Positions 1 through 11,164 of a stretch of 64,000 nt of DNA are shown in pieces. The position numbers and the translations under genes were made by a program. The notes under the pieces are model-generated. The model had not been told where the DNA came from. It did no database searches and saw only the letters and a program-made list of their open reading frames with translations. Source of the stretch: Phyllobates terribilis (lineage: Eukaryota); the NCBI RefSeq assembly GCF_046119375.1, contig NW_027362769.1, positions 360,344,001-360,408,000 of the forward strand. Direction: 5' to 3'. Every line of letters starts with the position of its first letter. The first letter of the stretch is position 1.

Positions 1-1965
1 ATATACCTGACAGGAGCCCATACACTCTGCTGCCTCCAATAATATATACCTGACAGGAGCCCATAAATTCTCCTGCCTCCAATAATTTATACCTGACAGG
101 AGTCCATACATTCTCTTGCCTCCAATAATATATACCTGACAGGAGCCCATACATTCTCCTGCCTCCAATAATATATACCTGACAGGTGTCCATACATTCT
201 GCTGCCTCCAATAATATATACCTGACAGGAGCCCATAAATTCTCCTGCCTCCAATAATTTATACCTGACAGGAGTCCATACATTCTCTTGCCTCCAATAA
301 TATATACCTGACAGGAGCTCATACATTCTCCTGCCTCCAATAATATATACCTGACAGGAGTCCATACATTCTGCTGCCTCCAATAATATATACCTGACAG
401 GAGCCCATACATTCTGCTGCATCCAATAATATATACCTGACAGGAGCCCATAGATTCTGCTGGCTCCAATAATATATACTTGACAGGAGCCCATCGATTC
501 TGCTGCCTCCAATAATATATACCTGACAGGAGCCCATAGATTCTGCTGGCTCCAATAATATATACTTGACAGGAGCCCATCGATTCTGCTGCCTCCAATA
601 ATATATACCTGACAGGAGCCCATAAATTCTCCTGCCTCCAATAATTTATACCTGACAGGAGTCCATACATTCTCTTGCCTCCAATAATATATACCTGACA
701 GGAGCTCATACATTCTCCTGCCTCCAATAATATATACCTGACAGGAGTCCATACATTCTGCTGCCTCCAATAATATATACCTGACAGGAGCCCATACATT
801 CTGCTGCCTGCAATAATATATACCTGACGGGAGACCATACATTCTGCTGCCTCCAATAATATATACCTGACAGGAGCCCATAGATTCTGCTGCCTCCAAT
901 AATATATACCTGACAGGACCCATACATTCTGCTGCCTCCAATAATATATACCTGACAGGACCCATACATTCTGCTGCCTCCAATAATATATATCTGACAG
1001 GATCCCATACATTCTACTGCCTCCAATAATATATACCTGACAAGTCTCATACATTCTTCTGCCTCCAATAATATATACGTGAGAGGATCCCATACATTCT
1101 GCTGCCTCCAATAATATATACCTGACAGGATCCCATACATTCTCTTGCCTCCAATAATATATACCTGAGAGAATCCAATACATTCTGCTGCCTCCAATAA
1201 TATATATCTGACAGGATCCCATACATTCTACTGCCTCCAATAATATATACCTGACAGGAGCCCATAGAGTCTGCTGCCTCCAATAATATATACCTGACAG
1301 GAGCCCATAGATTCTGCTGCCTCCAATAATATATACCTGACAGGAGCCCATAGATTCTGCTGCCTCCAATAATATATACCTGACAGGAGCCCATACATTC
1401 TGCTGCCTCCAATAATATATACCTGACAGGAGCCCATACATTCTACTGCCTCCAATAATATATACCTGACAGGACCCATACATTTTGCTGCCTCCAATAA
1501 TATTTACCTGACAGAAGCCCATAGATTCTTCTGCCTTCAATAATATATACCTGACAGGAGCCCATACATTCCCCTGCCTCCAATAATATATACCTGACAG
1601 GAGCCCATAGATTCTGCTGCCTCCAATAATATATGCCTGACAGGAGCCCATAGATTCTGCTGCCTCCAATAATATATACTTGATAGGAGCCCATAGATTC
1701 TGCTGGCTCCAATAATATATACCTGACAGGAGCCCATAAATTCTGCTGCCTCCAATAATATATACCTGACAGAAGCCCATAGATTCTACTGCCTTCAATA
1801 ATATATACCTGACAGGAGCCCATACATTCCCCTGCCTCCAATAATATATACCTGACAGGAGCCCATAGATTCTGATGTCTCCAATAATATATACCTGGTA
1901 GGAGCCCATACATTCTCCTGCCTCCAATAATATATTCCTGGTAGGAGCCCATAGATTCTGCTGCC
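1..1965. repeat. 43-bp tandem minisatellite (about 45 copies; runs off the left edge of the window)
   Basis: Unit ATATACCTGACAGGAGCCCATACATTCTGCTGCCTCCAATAAT recurs at 1, 44, 87..., with occasional 42-bp variants. The minus-strand ORFs repeat every 43 aa (3 units). Confidence 0.97.
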
Positions 1966-2299
1966 GCTGCTTCGGGCAACGCCGCGTCCGACCTCCACAG
2001 TGCGCACAGGAAGCAGTCCTAGGGAGATAACGTCATCGCCCTGAGACTGACCTCCTGCGCACGGACCGGCAGTGTTGCACTGCGCATAGGAGGCAGAGGG
2101 TCACTGCCGTAGCAGGCAGAGGAGGGAGATCGCTCTCCCTGCTTTGACCTTGCAGAGGGCCCATCACTAATCATATCGGCAGTGCTGCCGATATGATTAG
2201 CAAACCAGGGGGGCAGGGTGTGGGGCTTGGGGGCGTCGCCATCGGGACTCGGGGCCCACCCGGGGTTTTCCCGATCCTCCGGTGGGCCAGTCCACCCTG
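1966..2299. mobile_element. Putative end of a non-autonomous DNA transposon (hAT/MITE-like) that may carry the 43-bp array
   Basis: Subterminal hairpin GGCCCACCGG...CCGGTGGGCC ending GGCCAGTCCACCCTG (reverse complement CAGGGTGGACTGGCC), followed by an abrupt switch into mid-ORF2 LINE sequence at 2300. The other end and the TSD are outside the window. Confidence 0.4.
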
Positions 2300-4560
2300 C
2301 CTACAGCCTCTCCCCACATCTACTCAATCATCCTCCTCCATAACCACGTTCTCTACCATTACGGAAGATCAACTTTCCTATTTACTTTCCAAATCACACC
2401 TCACCACCTGTGAACTTGACCCAATCTCGTCCCACCTCATCCCAAACCTTACCACTATCTTCATCCCAACCTTAGCCCACCTTTTCAACTTGTCATCAAC
2501 AACTGGCGTCTTTCCCTCATACTTCAAACATGCCTCGATCACACCCAACCTCAAAAAGCCCTCCCTTGACCTATCCTCTCTGACTAGCTATCGACCCATA
2601 TCACTTGTCCCCTATGCCTCAAAACTACTGGAACAACACGTTCATTCTGAACTGTCCTCCCACCTCTCCTCCTGCTCCCTCTTCGACCACCTACAATCTG
2701 GTTTCCAATCGCACAATTTTACTGAAACTGCACTGACTAAGGTCACCAATGTTGTGGTGACCCTTCTTTGTTATTAGGGAGAACTTTGGAATAGACAGCA
2801 AAGGGTCTTCACATTGCCAGTGAGATTCAAATTAAAATACTTCATCGATGAAGGGAGAGAGACAAAATCCATGCGATATGCATTGTCAGCAGGTAGAGTC
2901 TTCTGTGTGGCAGCTAAGACTCACCACCTTTATTAGCTAGACAAAACGGAACTACAATTGTTACATACAACTGAACAGGAAACCAAAATAGACAATCAGT
3001 GATAACACACTTACCTTGGCCCAACGTAAACCTTCTTGTCAGGGAATTCACAGGAAACCAGTATCTTAGTCAGAGATTCCATGATGCAAGTTTTAAGCAG
3101 AGGCTTCAGACTTAGCAAAAATATAAATTGTTTTCCTAAATAAATAATGAAGCTAGATATAAAATATTAACCATAACACCAATGGCCTACTAACAGACAA
3201 TCCAAGCTACACTACTCTGTCCTCCTCCTCCTGGACCTGTCATCTGCCTTTGACACAGTGGACCATTCCCTCTTACTCCAGACTCTCTCATCTCTCGGCA
3301 TCACAGACTTGGCCCTATCCTGGATCTCCTCATACCTAACAGACCGGACATTCAGTGTCTCCCACTCACACGCCACTTCCTCATCTCACCCTTTATCTGT
3401 CGGTGTCCCTCAAGGTTCAGTTCTAGGACCCTTACTCTTCTCCATCTACACCTTAGGCCTGGGACAGCTCATATAGTCTCACGGCTTTCAGTATCACCTC
3501 TATGCCGACGACACAGAAATCTACCTCTCTGGACCCGATATCTCCTCCATACTAACCAAAATCCCACAATGTCTGTCCGCTATTTCATCCTTATTCTCTG
3601 CTAGATTTCTAAAACTTAACATGGACAAAACAGAATTCATCATCTTTCCCCATCTCAACCCCCACCAACTGAACTATCTATCAATGTCAATGGCTGTTCA
3701 CTCTCCCCAGTCCCTCAAGCTCACTGCCTTGGGGTAACCCTGGACTCTAATCTCTCCTTCAAACCACATATCCAAGTCAGTTACACTTCCTGCCGACTCC
3801 AACTTAAAAATATCTCTCAGATCCGCACATTCCTCAACCATGAATCTGCGAACACACTAGTGCATGCCCTCATCTCCTGCCTCGACTACTGCAACCTCCT
3901 GCTCTGTGGCCTCCCTTCCAACACTCTCGCACCCCTCCAATCTATCCTAAGCTCTGCTCCCCGACTAATCTACCTGTCCCCCTGCTATTCCACAGGCTCT
4001 CCTCTCTGTCAATCTCTTTACTGGCTCTCCATTGCTCAGAGACTCCAGTTCAAAACCCTAACCATGGCATACAAAGCCATCCACAGTCTGTCTCCTCCAT
4101 ATATCTCTGACCTAGTCTCCCGGTACATACCTGCACGCAACCTCCGATCCTCACAACATCTCCTTCTCTACTCCTCTCTTATCTCCTCCTGTCTCAATCG
4201 CATACAAGATTTCTCCTGTGCATCCAACCTACTCTGGAACTGTCTACCCCAACATATCAGACTCTCGCCTACCATGGAAACCTTCAAAAGGAACCTGAAC
4301 CCACCTCTTCCGACAAGCCTACAACCTGCAGTAACCCTCGCTCCACCATACCACTCCACTACCAGCCCTACCCTCAACTACTGTATCCTCGCCAATCCCT
4401 TTTAGATTGTGAGCCCTCGTGGGCAGGGTCCTTGCTCCTCCTGTACCAGTCGCTGTCACGTTTTGTTCAAGATTATTGTAATTGTTTTTGCTATTTATTC
4501 CCCTTTTTTCACATGTAATGCGCCATGGAATAAATGGCGCTATAATAAATAATAATATTA
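2300..4560 (+). mobile_element. Degenerate L2/CR1-clade LINE (3' part of ORF2 RT plus 3' tail), interrupted by a solo LTR
   Basis: ORF fragments contain YRPISL, SGF...[38 protein letters not shown] and YADDT (about 3500). Multiple stops and frameshifts. Tail CCATGGAATAAATGGCGCTATAATAAATAATAAT at about 4523-4556. Confidence 0.92.
2750..3178. mobile_element. Solo LTR (429 bp) with 4-bp TSD CCAA
   Basis: Termini TGTTGTGGT...ACCATAACA (TG..CA, 8/9 inverted match). CCAA at 2746-2749 and 3179-3182. Removing it rejoins the LINE ORF2 motif TKVTN-LLT seen intact in the second LINE. Confidence 0.85.
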
Positions 4561-4820
4561 ATTTTAAAATAAATAAAAAAATAAATACATACTTACCGCT
4601 CCTCATTCTCCGCTGCTTCCGTCTCTGCAGCACGTCTCTCTCATCACTTCAGCCGCTGCCAGCTCCACTCTCTGACACAGCGTGGTGCGTCATCATGCCG
4701 CTGCGTCAGACTAGGGAGGAGGAATGATCGGAGAGGGAGTGTCACATGACGCAGAGAAAAATAGTTTTACAGCACAGGACCCAGCCTGCCTCTTCATCCT
4801 TCATATATGCAGACATGCCT

Positions 4821-5095
4821 GCACACACACAGTACGCAGATATGCACACACACACACAGTACGCAGACATGCACACACACACACTCACAGTACGCAGACA
4901 TGCACATACACACACAGTACGCAGTTATGCAAGCACACGGTAAGCATACATACACACACGTGCACATGGTACACAGATATGTACACATATAATAAGCAGA
5001 CACGTGCATACAGGCATACGTACATATTTGAACACATTCTTTAAAACACATAAAACAGACATAAATATGTATACACAGTCATACACACACACACG
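4821..5095. repeat. Interrupted (CA)n microsatellite/minisatellite
   Basis: CACACACA runs alternating with GTACGCAGA(C/T)ATG at 4821-4925, degenerating to about 5095. Confidence 0.8.
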
Positions 5096-5279
5096 TTAAA
5101 ATTATTTTTATCATGGGGTTTGGGGAAGCCGGCAACAAACCTCACTCACCTGCCTCGGTCTGTGTCCTGTCCAGCAACTCCTCAGGCATGAGTCAGTGCA
5201 GTGCTGCTGGCGTGTCACAGATATGACCCTGGACCATCAGAGGTCCAACTCGCCATCAGGCCCGGACCGCTTCCACGGC

Positions 5280-5521
5280 ATCTGTGTAGGACTACTGGCG
5301 CTGCTTGATTGCCGTCACTTCCTCTGACATGGCCATGCACAGTGCACTGTGCGGCTGTGTCGGGTAGTAATGCTGTGGTGGGGCGATACACAAGCACAAT
5401 TATAGGCGCAGTGTCGCCCCTGCCTTGTCATTACTAGCAGACACAGCCGCACAGTGCACTGCGCATAGCCTTGTCAGGTGAAGTGCCGGTAATCAAGCAG
5501 CGCCAGAGGTCCTGCACAGAT
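5280..5521. repeat. Inverted repeat with arms of about 110 bp (hairpin/MITE-like)
   Basis: Left arm ATCTGTGTAGGACTACTGGCGCTGCTTGATTGCCG...GGGGCGATACAC matches the reverse complement of the right arm GTGTCGCCCC...AATCAAGCAGCGCCAGAGGTCCTGCACAGAT. Spacer about 18 nt. Confidence 0.8.
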
Positions 5522-5672
5522 TAAATGAGTCCTCTGCAGCAAATCATACAGTGGAGCAAGGATCGTGTACACAGATAGATCTATATACCGTCTGGTACAC
5601 AGGTGTCAGCAGACCCTAGTGTGGACCATCGCCTGCTATCTGCGGTGCGGGCTCTTATGAGGAGGATGTGGT

Positions 5673-5688
5673 GGCTCTTAGAAGAGCC
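5673..5688 (-). terminator. Histone 3' stem-loop of the H2A pseudogene
   Basis: Minus strand AAAGGCTCTTCTAAGAGCCACCAC, 35 nt after the stop codon; HDE-like ATAAGAG further downstream. Confidence 0.9.
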
Positions 5689-5722
5689 TTTAGTTGTTAT
5701 GACAGATGTAGACGAGCGGCGC

Positions 5723-7030
5723 TCACTTGCTCGCCTTGCTGCTCTCGGTCTTCTTGGGCAGCAGCACGGCCTGGATCTTTGGAAGGACACCTCCCTGGGC
5801 AATGGTCACCCCACCCAGCAGCCTGTTGAGCTCCTCGTTATTGCACACCGCCAGCTGCAGGTGACAGGGGATGATGCGGGTCTTCTTGTTGTCCCGGGCA
5901 TCATTGCCGGCCAATTCCAGGATCTCAGCAGTCAGATACTCCAGCACAGCTGCCAGATAGACCGTGTAACGGGTCTGGGAGGTGGAACCTCTGAGCTACT
6001 ATACAAAGGTGCAGTCCTTGTAAGGAAGCGGGTGGCTCCCAGGGAAGGCGGGCAGGTAGTCACGGCAAGTGACAGGAACAGTCTCTGGGTAGAAGGGCAG
6101 GAGGTCACGGCAAGTGACGGGAACAGTTTCTTGACAGACGGGTGGTCACGGTAAGTGACAGCAGCGTAAGAGTCTCTAGACAGGCAGATGGTCACGGCAA
6201 GTGACAGCAAGGTAAGAGTCTCTAGACAGGCAGGTGGTCACGGCAAGTGACGGCAGAGCCTCCAGGTAGGCTAGCAGGAGCTTAGCAGGTGAGCGCTCCC
6301 AGGTGAGTGGGTAAGAGTCTCTCGGCTGGCTGGCAGGTGGTCACGGCAAGTGACGGCAGCACCTCCAGGTAGGCTAGCTGGCGGGTAGCAGGTGAGCGCT
6401 CCCAGGTGAGCGGGTAAGAGTCTCTCGGCTGGCTGTCAGGTGGTCTCAGGCAGGTATCAGGCAGGTGCTTCCTGATCCACCGGCGGACTGGTCCATAGAC
6501 AGACTGGCGGATGCAGGTAGACAGACTGTTGGACCGCAGAAATGCTAGCAGGTAGACAGAGCTGGAAAGCAGACTGGCAATGGGACCTGAAGGCTGAAGC
6601 AGAGATGAAAGGCTTTGCAACAACTTTGCTCGGGCACCTCCATTTTGGAGGAGGTGCCTTATATATGGGAGCTCCACCGGCAATTGGCCGGGGATTCCTT
6701 AGGACGGCGCGCACGGCCCCTGTAAGAGAGAGGGAGCGCGCGCGCGCGCGCGCCCTAAGCACAGTGCCCGGGAAGCGACGAGCGCTGGCAGCAGCGCGGG
6801 AAGAGGACGCCGAGGACTGAGCAGGGAGGTGAGAGGAACGGCGTCTCTGCCTAGCAGGAGGCAGGGACGCCGACGATACAGACCGGAGCGCCGGCTCCGA
6901 CTCTCTCGGCATAATGGCCCTTGCGGAGAAGCCTGTGCACACGGCCGACTGGGAACTGGAGTCCTGCCCGGGATGAGCGGGTCTTTGCCTTAGCACAGAT
7001 TTTGCCTCCTTGTTTGCCGCGTCCAGACAA
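5723..7030 (-). pseudogene. H2A: Histone H2A pseudogene split by a solo LTR
   Basis: 5' part 7030-6881 reads (L)[15 protein letters not shown]...GAGAPV with the start codon mutated to TTG. 3' part 5964-5723 reads [35 protein letters not shown]...SSKASK*. Several Arg>Cys CpG-type changes and a 916-bp insertion. Confidence 0.95.
5965..6880. mobile_element. Solo LTR (916 bp) with 5-bp TSD GACCG, inserted in the H2A coding sequence
   Basis: Termini TGTAACG...CGATACA (TG..CA, 6/7 inverted match). GACCG at 5960-5964 and 6881-6885. Contains internal GGTCACGGCAAGTGAC repeats, a TATATAAG on the minus strand near 6659-6666, and a (GC)9 run at 6736-6753. Confidence 0.88.
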
Positions 7031-7362
7031 CGCTGTAATAGTCTCCAAAAAGTCAAAATTAGAGGAAGAATTGAACTCTCCAATAATGCCGTTTCTGTCT
7101 CCTCAGTCGCTTTTTATCCGCTGCTGCCCCGACCTCCTGCCTTATCATTGGATGGATCTGAAGCCGCCAAAGGAGAGCAGACTTGTAGAAACACCAATAA
7201 GACGTAGCGGGCTCAGCTTACGAAGGTCACATGACTTTCTTACCCAGTAGAAGAGGAGCAAACAGCATTGCTCATTTGCATGTGTGGCTATAAATACCGC
7301 TGCGCTGGAGGAGCAGGAACATTGTTCTCTCTTCTCCGAGTTGTGATCTCTGTATACTCACC
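7031..7362. promoter_or_regulatory. Divergent H2A/H2B promoter (copy 1)
   Basis: Octamer ATTTGCAT at 7274-7281 next to TATAAATA at 7289-7296 (the classic H2B Oct-1/TATA arrangement), plus CCAAT boxes. Same 332-bp intergenic length as copy 2. Confidence 0.88.
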
Positions 7363-7744
7363 ATGCCTGATCCCGCCAAGTCTGCGCCAGCGCCCAAGAA
7401 GGGCTCCAAGAAAGCCGTCACTAAGACTCAGAAGAAGGACGGCAAGAAACTTAGGAAGAGCAGGAAGGAGAGCTACGCCATCTACGTGTACAAGGTGCTG
7501 AAGCAGGTCCACCCTGACACCGGCATCTCCTCCAAGGCCATGGGCATCATGAACTACTCTGTCAACGACATCTTCGGGCTCATCGCATGGGGAATCCTCC
7601 CGCCTGGCTCACTACAACAAGCGCTTCACCATCACGTCCCGAGAGATCCAGACCGCCGTGCACCTGCTGCTGCCCGGAAAGCTGGCCAAGCACGCCGTGT
7701 ACGAGGGCACCAAGGCCGTCACCAAATACATCAGCGCCAAGTGA
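7363..7744 (+). pseudogene. H2B: Histone H2B pseudogene (+1 frameshift)
   Basis: [17 protein letters not shown]... is canonical up to about codon 75. An extra T at 7588 (GCA T GGG GAA) shifts the frame; the shifted frame continues ...LAKHAV...TKY.SAK to TGA at 7742-7744 (382 bp = 381+1). Also missense changes such as SF>YS and ER>GL. Confidence 0.95.
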
Positions 7745-7778
7745 TCTGCTTCGTCTGCTGCTCCGCCATCACCCCAAA

Positions 7779-7822
7779 GGCTCTTCTGAGAGCCACCACC
7801 GCGTCTACATCAGAGCTGTGGC
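7779..7822 (+). terminator. Histone stem-loop plus a single HDE of the H2B pseudogene
   Basis: GGCTCTTCTGAGAGCC at 7779-7794; AGAGCTGTGGC at 7812-7822. Confidence 0.9.
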
Positions 7823-8183
7823 TGCTTCTGTGTTCTCTCCCGTCTCCCCGAGTTGTCTGGCCACATAGCCCGGGTCTCTGTCTAGTGACAGGGTAAATAG
7901 CAGGTGGCCCAAGTAGAAATGAAGGCTAAGGGCTAACGAAGAAGATGGCGAAAAAACTGGGGCTGCTTTTGGGTTCTCCTTCACAGCTCAGCACTTTCAC
8001 CAATGCCCTTGTGATTTCAGATGGAAGTTCAGTAACTTATTTAAGCCCTTGCTCCTCAGATCTGACTCCTTTTGGTCTCATTCCTATTTTAGGAATTGAT
8101 TCGGTTTAGTTTCTCTAAATAATGAAATTACTTCACTATTTTATGAAAGGTGATTACATGAGATTGTGGTCGGTGGAGTTTAT

Positions 8184-8502
8184 TAGTGATGAGCAGCATG
8201 CTCACCACTATTCGTTACGAGCTCGAGATGCTCGTTGCTGGCGAGTATTTTTTGAATGTTCGGGAGCTTGAATCGCCGCCCCGCATGTTTGGCGCATATT
8301 ATACAGCCAATTACCATGCAGGGGTTGCGTGACAGTCAATGTCATGTCATAGCCAATTTGGTTGTGGCATTACAGTGACTGGCTGGTCGCACAGCGTCAT
8401 CAGGTCTATATCAGAGGTCTATATCAGACCTGGCGCCTCCATGCTTGTCACAGTCACTCCGGAATCAGACAGTGTAGGGAGAACTGCTGCTGAGCTAGGG
8501 AG
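8184..8502. mobile_element. Orphan terminal fragment of a hAT-type element
   Basis: Begins TAGTGATGAGC, the same terminus as the element at 8503, at the point where homology to the H2B copy-2 flank stops. No partner end found. Confidence 0.55.
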
Positions 8503-9249
8503 TAGTGATGAGCGAGCACTAAAATGCTCGAGTGCTCGTTGTTCAGGTCGAGCAAATTGGAATACTCGGGTGCTTTACCCGAGCAATGAGCCCAATGTAA
8601 TTCTATGGAAAACTCAAACATTTTTCACGTGGCTCCCCCCGGTGGTTTGCAGAGGGCCTAAAAATTGGCCAAATCGAACAGTGCTCAAATGACATGGGAA
8701 CAGCATGGGGAAGACCCCTGGAAGCATTTCTGACTCCCAGGTCACTGCTGTCAACAACGTTGTCAGAGTATTACTCCACTTTTACGGATTCACAATAGAA
8801 CATACAAAAACAAAATTAAAATGCATTTTCCTGGGAAATATATTAAGGAACATCCTTTCCAGGGTAATGACTTGTATATAAGGCAAAATAAATAACCAAA
8901 ACCAAAAATACTCCTCCACACCTTGGGCTATATTCAAAAGTAACATTTTTTATGCGTTTTTGCACTTTTGCATTGCTTTCAACAAAGACAAATGCATTCA
9001 CTGGGAAATGTCATTTTAACATTTTACAATCTTATCTGGCCATGTGGTGTGTGACACATCATCAGACACATGCATACAGTGCTGAAAAGACATGGGAACA
9101 GCATGGGGAAGACCTCTGGAACCATTTCTGACTCCCAGGTCACTGCCTAAAAGTGTGCCCATCATTAGTGATAAGATGCCTCCCGCCATGCGCCTGTCGT
9201 TGCAGACTTGCAACAATCACCGTCCATGTCCTTGTCCCAGTGCAGCGTT

Positions 9250-9940
9250 CAGTTGTCCCTACCCCATTCCTTGGAATGCAAGCACAAGTATGCAGCCAGC
9301 CACCCACCCACCTACAGGCTGCAATACTATACTGCCAAATTTTTGACAGCTGCTTGCACTTGAAATGTGGCCTTTTAGGGTCGTGGAGGCGGATGCTTTT
9401 CATAACCTCATGCCGGCGTCAGCTGGGTGCTCATGCTTGGTCCCCAGCCACCACTATTTCTCCCGGTATCGTCTCCGCCTTCCACAAGCACGGGTCCCAC
9501 AACATTACCCGTGCCCTCCCCAGTGCACTTACTGGTAAAGACTGCCTACCCACAAACACGTGGACAGGTGAATGTGGCCAGGGACGGTACGGAGCCAGTC
9601 CACAGCTTTTTTTGCTGAGAGTTGTATTTAGCTCGGTGAAAGTACTGGCATAGAGGGAAACCGTATCTACCCCGGCTGTCATTTCTCCGCCACCAGGTTC
9701 CGCCCATTGTCACACACGACCATGCCTGGTTGTATTTTCAGCGGTGAGAGCCACAGATCAGGCTGCTGTGTTACAGCTTTCAACAACTCTGCAGCGCTGG
9801 GCGGTTTGTCAATTAAGCATTAAGCATGTTATCTTCAGCACAGCCTGTTGCCACTTGGCCAGGGCAGTGCTGCAGTGCTGTCAGCTTGTGACTGATGTAG
9901 TCATTTCGGAGATGGAGGAGGAGGTGCAGGAGCTGAGCAA
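9250..9940. pseudogene. Additional decayed hAT transposase fragments (about 9250-9600 on +, about 9690-9940 on -)
   Basis: The + fragment resembles KHKYAASHP...FHKHGSHNITRAL...TNTWTGECGQGRY, paralleling 12988-13266. The - fragment parallels 12650-12870. Confidence 0.65.
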
Positions 9941-10299
9941 TGTGATTACATTGAGGTTAAATTAGTGACGCTGTTATTTATACTAAAGAAAGATCCTATT
10001 GTTTGGTTTTTTTACGTTATTTTTTAAGATAAATGCATTCACTGGGAAATGTCATTTTAACATTTTACAACATTATCTGGCAATGTGGTGTGTGACACAT
10101 CATCAGAAACCTATTGTTTTATTTATGAAGGAGGGACTCTGAAAGTCATAAAGCCTATTTTTATCGGGACATCAGACGGCCCTTACTATTCTTAAAAGGC
10201 CAGCAGTTGGCCCTCGCTATTGTTAGAGAGCCATCAGGCGGCTATGCGTTCTTGTTCCCATTATTAACAAGTGGGTCTCCTATACTGTTATTGCGTATC

Positions 10300-10935
10300 C
10301 AGTGACTGCAAGGGCTGCCAAAAATTTGGACGCAATCCAATACCCCTTTGAAGAGACATAGAGGAGGGTCTCAGTAAAAAAATGTTTCCATTATAAAGGA
10401 GCGGGTCTCCTATAGTGGTAATGCCCATGCTGTGACTGCAAGAGCTGCCAAAATTTGTGAAAAACCCCTCTAAGAATTTAAAGACACGTAGAACAGGGCC
10501 ACAGTAATGACACATTCCATTTAGAAAGGAGAGAGTCTGCTATACAGTTATAGGTTATCTAGTGAGTCCAATGGCTGACCAATTTTAGGAAAAACCCCAC
10601 TAAGAATTTAAAGACACATAGAGCAGGGCCACAGTAACAAGGTACGACATGTACCCATTAGGAAGGAGAGGGTCTGCTATACAGTTATAGGGTATGCAGT
10701 GAGTCCAACGGCTGACCAATTTTAGGAAAAAACCCACTAAGAATTTAAAGACACATAGAGCAGGGCCACAGTAACGACAAATTCCCATTAGAAAGGAGAA
10801 AGTCTCCCATAGTGTTGGCCTATGCAGTGAATGCAAGGGCTGCCAAAAATTTGGAGGCACTTCAATACCCCTTGGAAGAGACATGGAGGATGGCCTCATA
10901 AAAAAATGTTCCCATTAAAAGGAGTGGGCCTCCTT
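10300..10935. repeat. Degenerate subterminal repeats of about 130 bp inside the hAT element
   Basis: TAAGAATTTAAAGACAC recurs at about 10471, 10601 and 10738. A related block appears at about 10312-10410 and 10838-10932. Confidence 0.7.
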
Positions 10936-11164
10936 TTATAATTTTTTGTATAATTTTTTTTTTATAGGCATCATAAACACCCTTTAAAAAAATTATGTGG
11001 GTGATGCATCATGGACCACGGTCACCCTGGTGATATGGTGGTGGAGGATGAGGATGAGGAGAAGGACAAGAGCAAATAGCCAAAATCAGGAAGCGTATAC
11101 CAATGTGTGGGTGTGAAAAGGTGCATGGGAATACACCTCCCAAGAAAAGACACTGTATTTGAGT

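Noticed and set aside
87-2007. Minus-strand ORFs with a 43-aa periodicity
   Set aside because: Translations of the 43-bp minisatellite, with no start context or domain.
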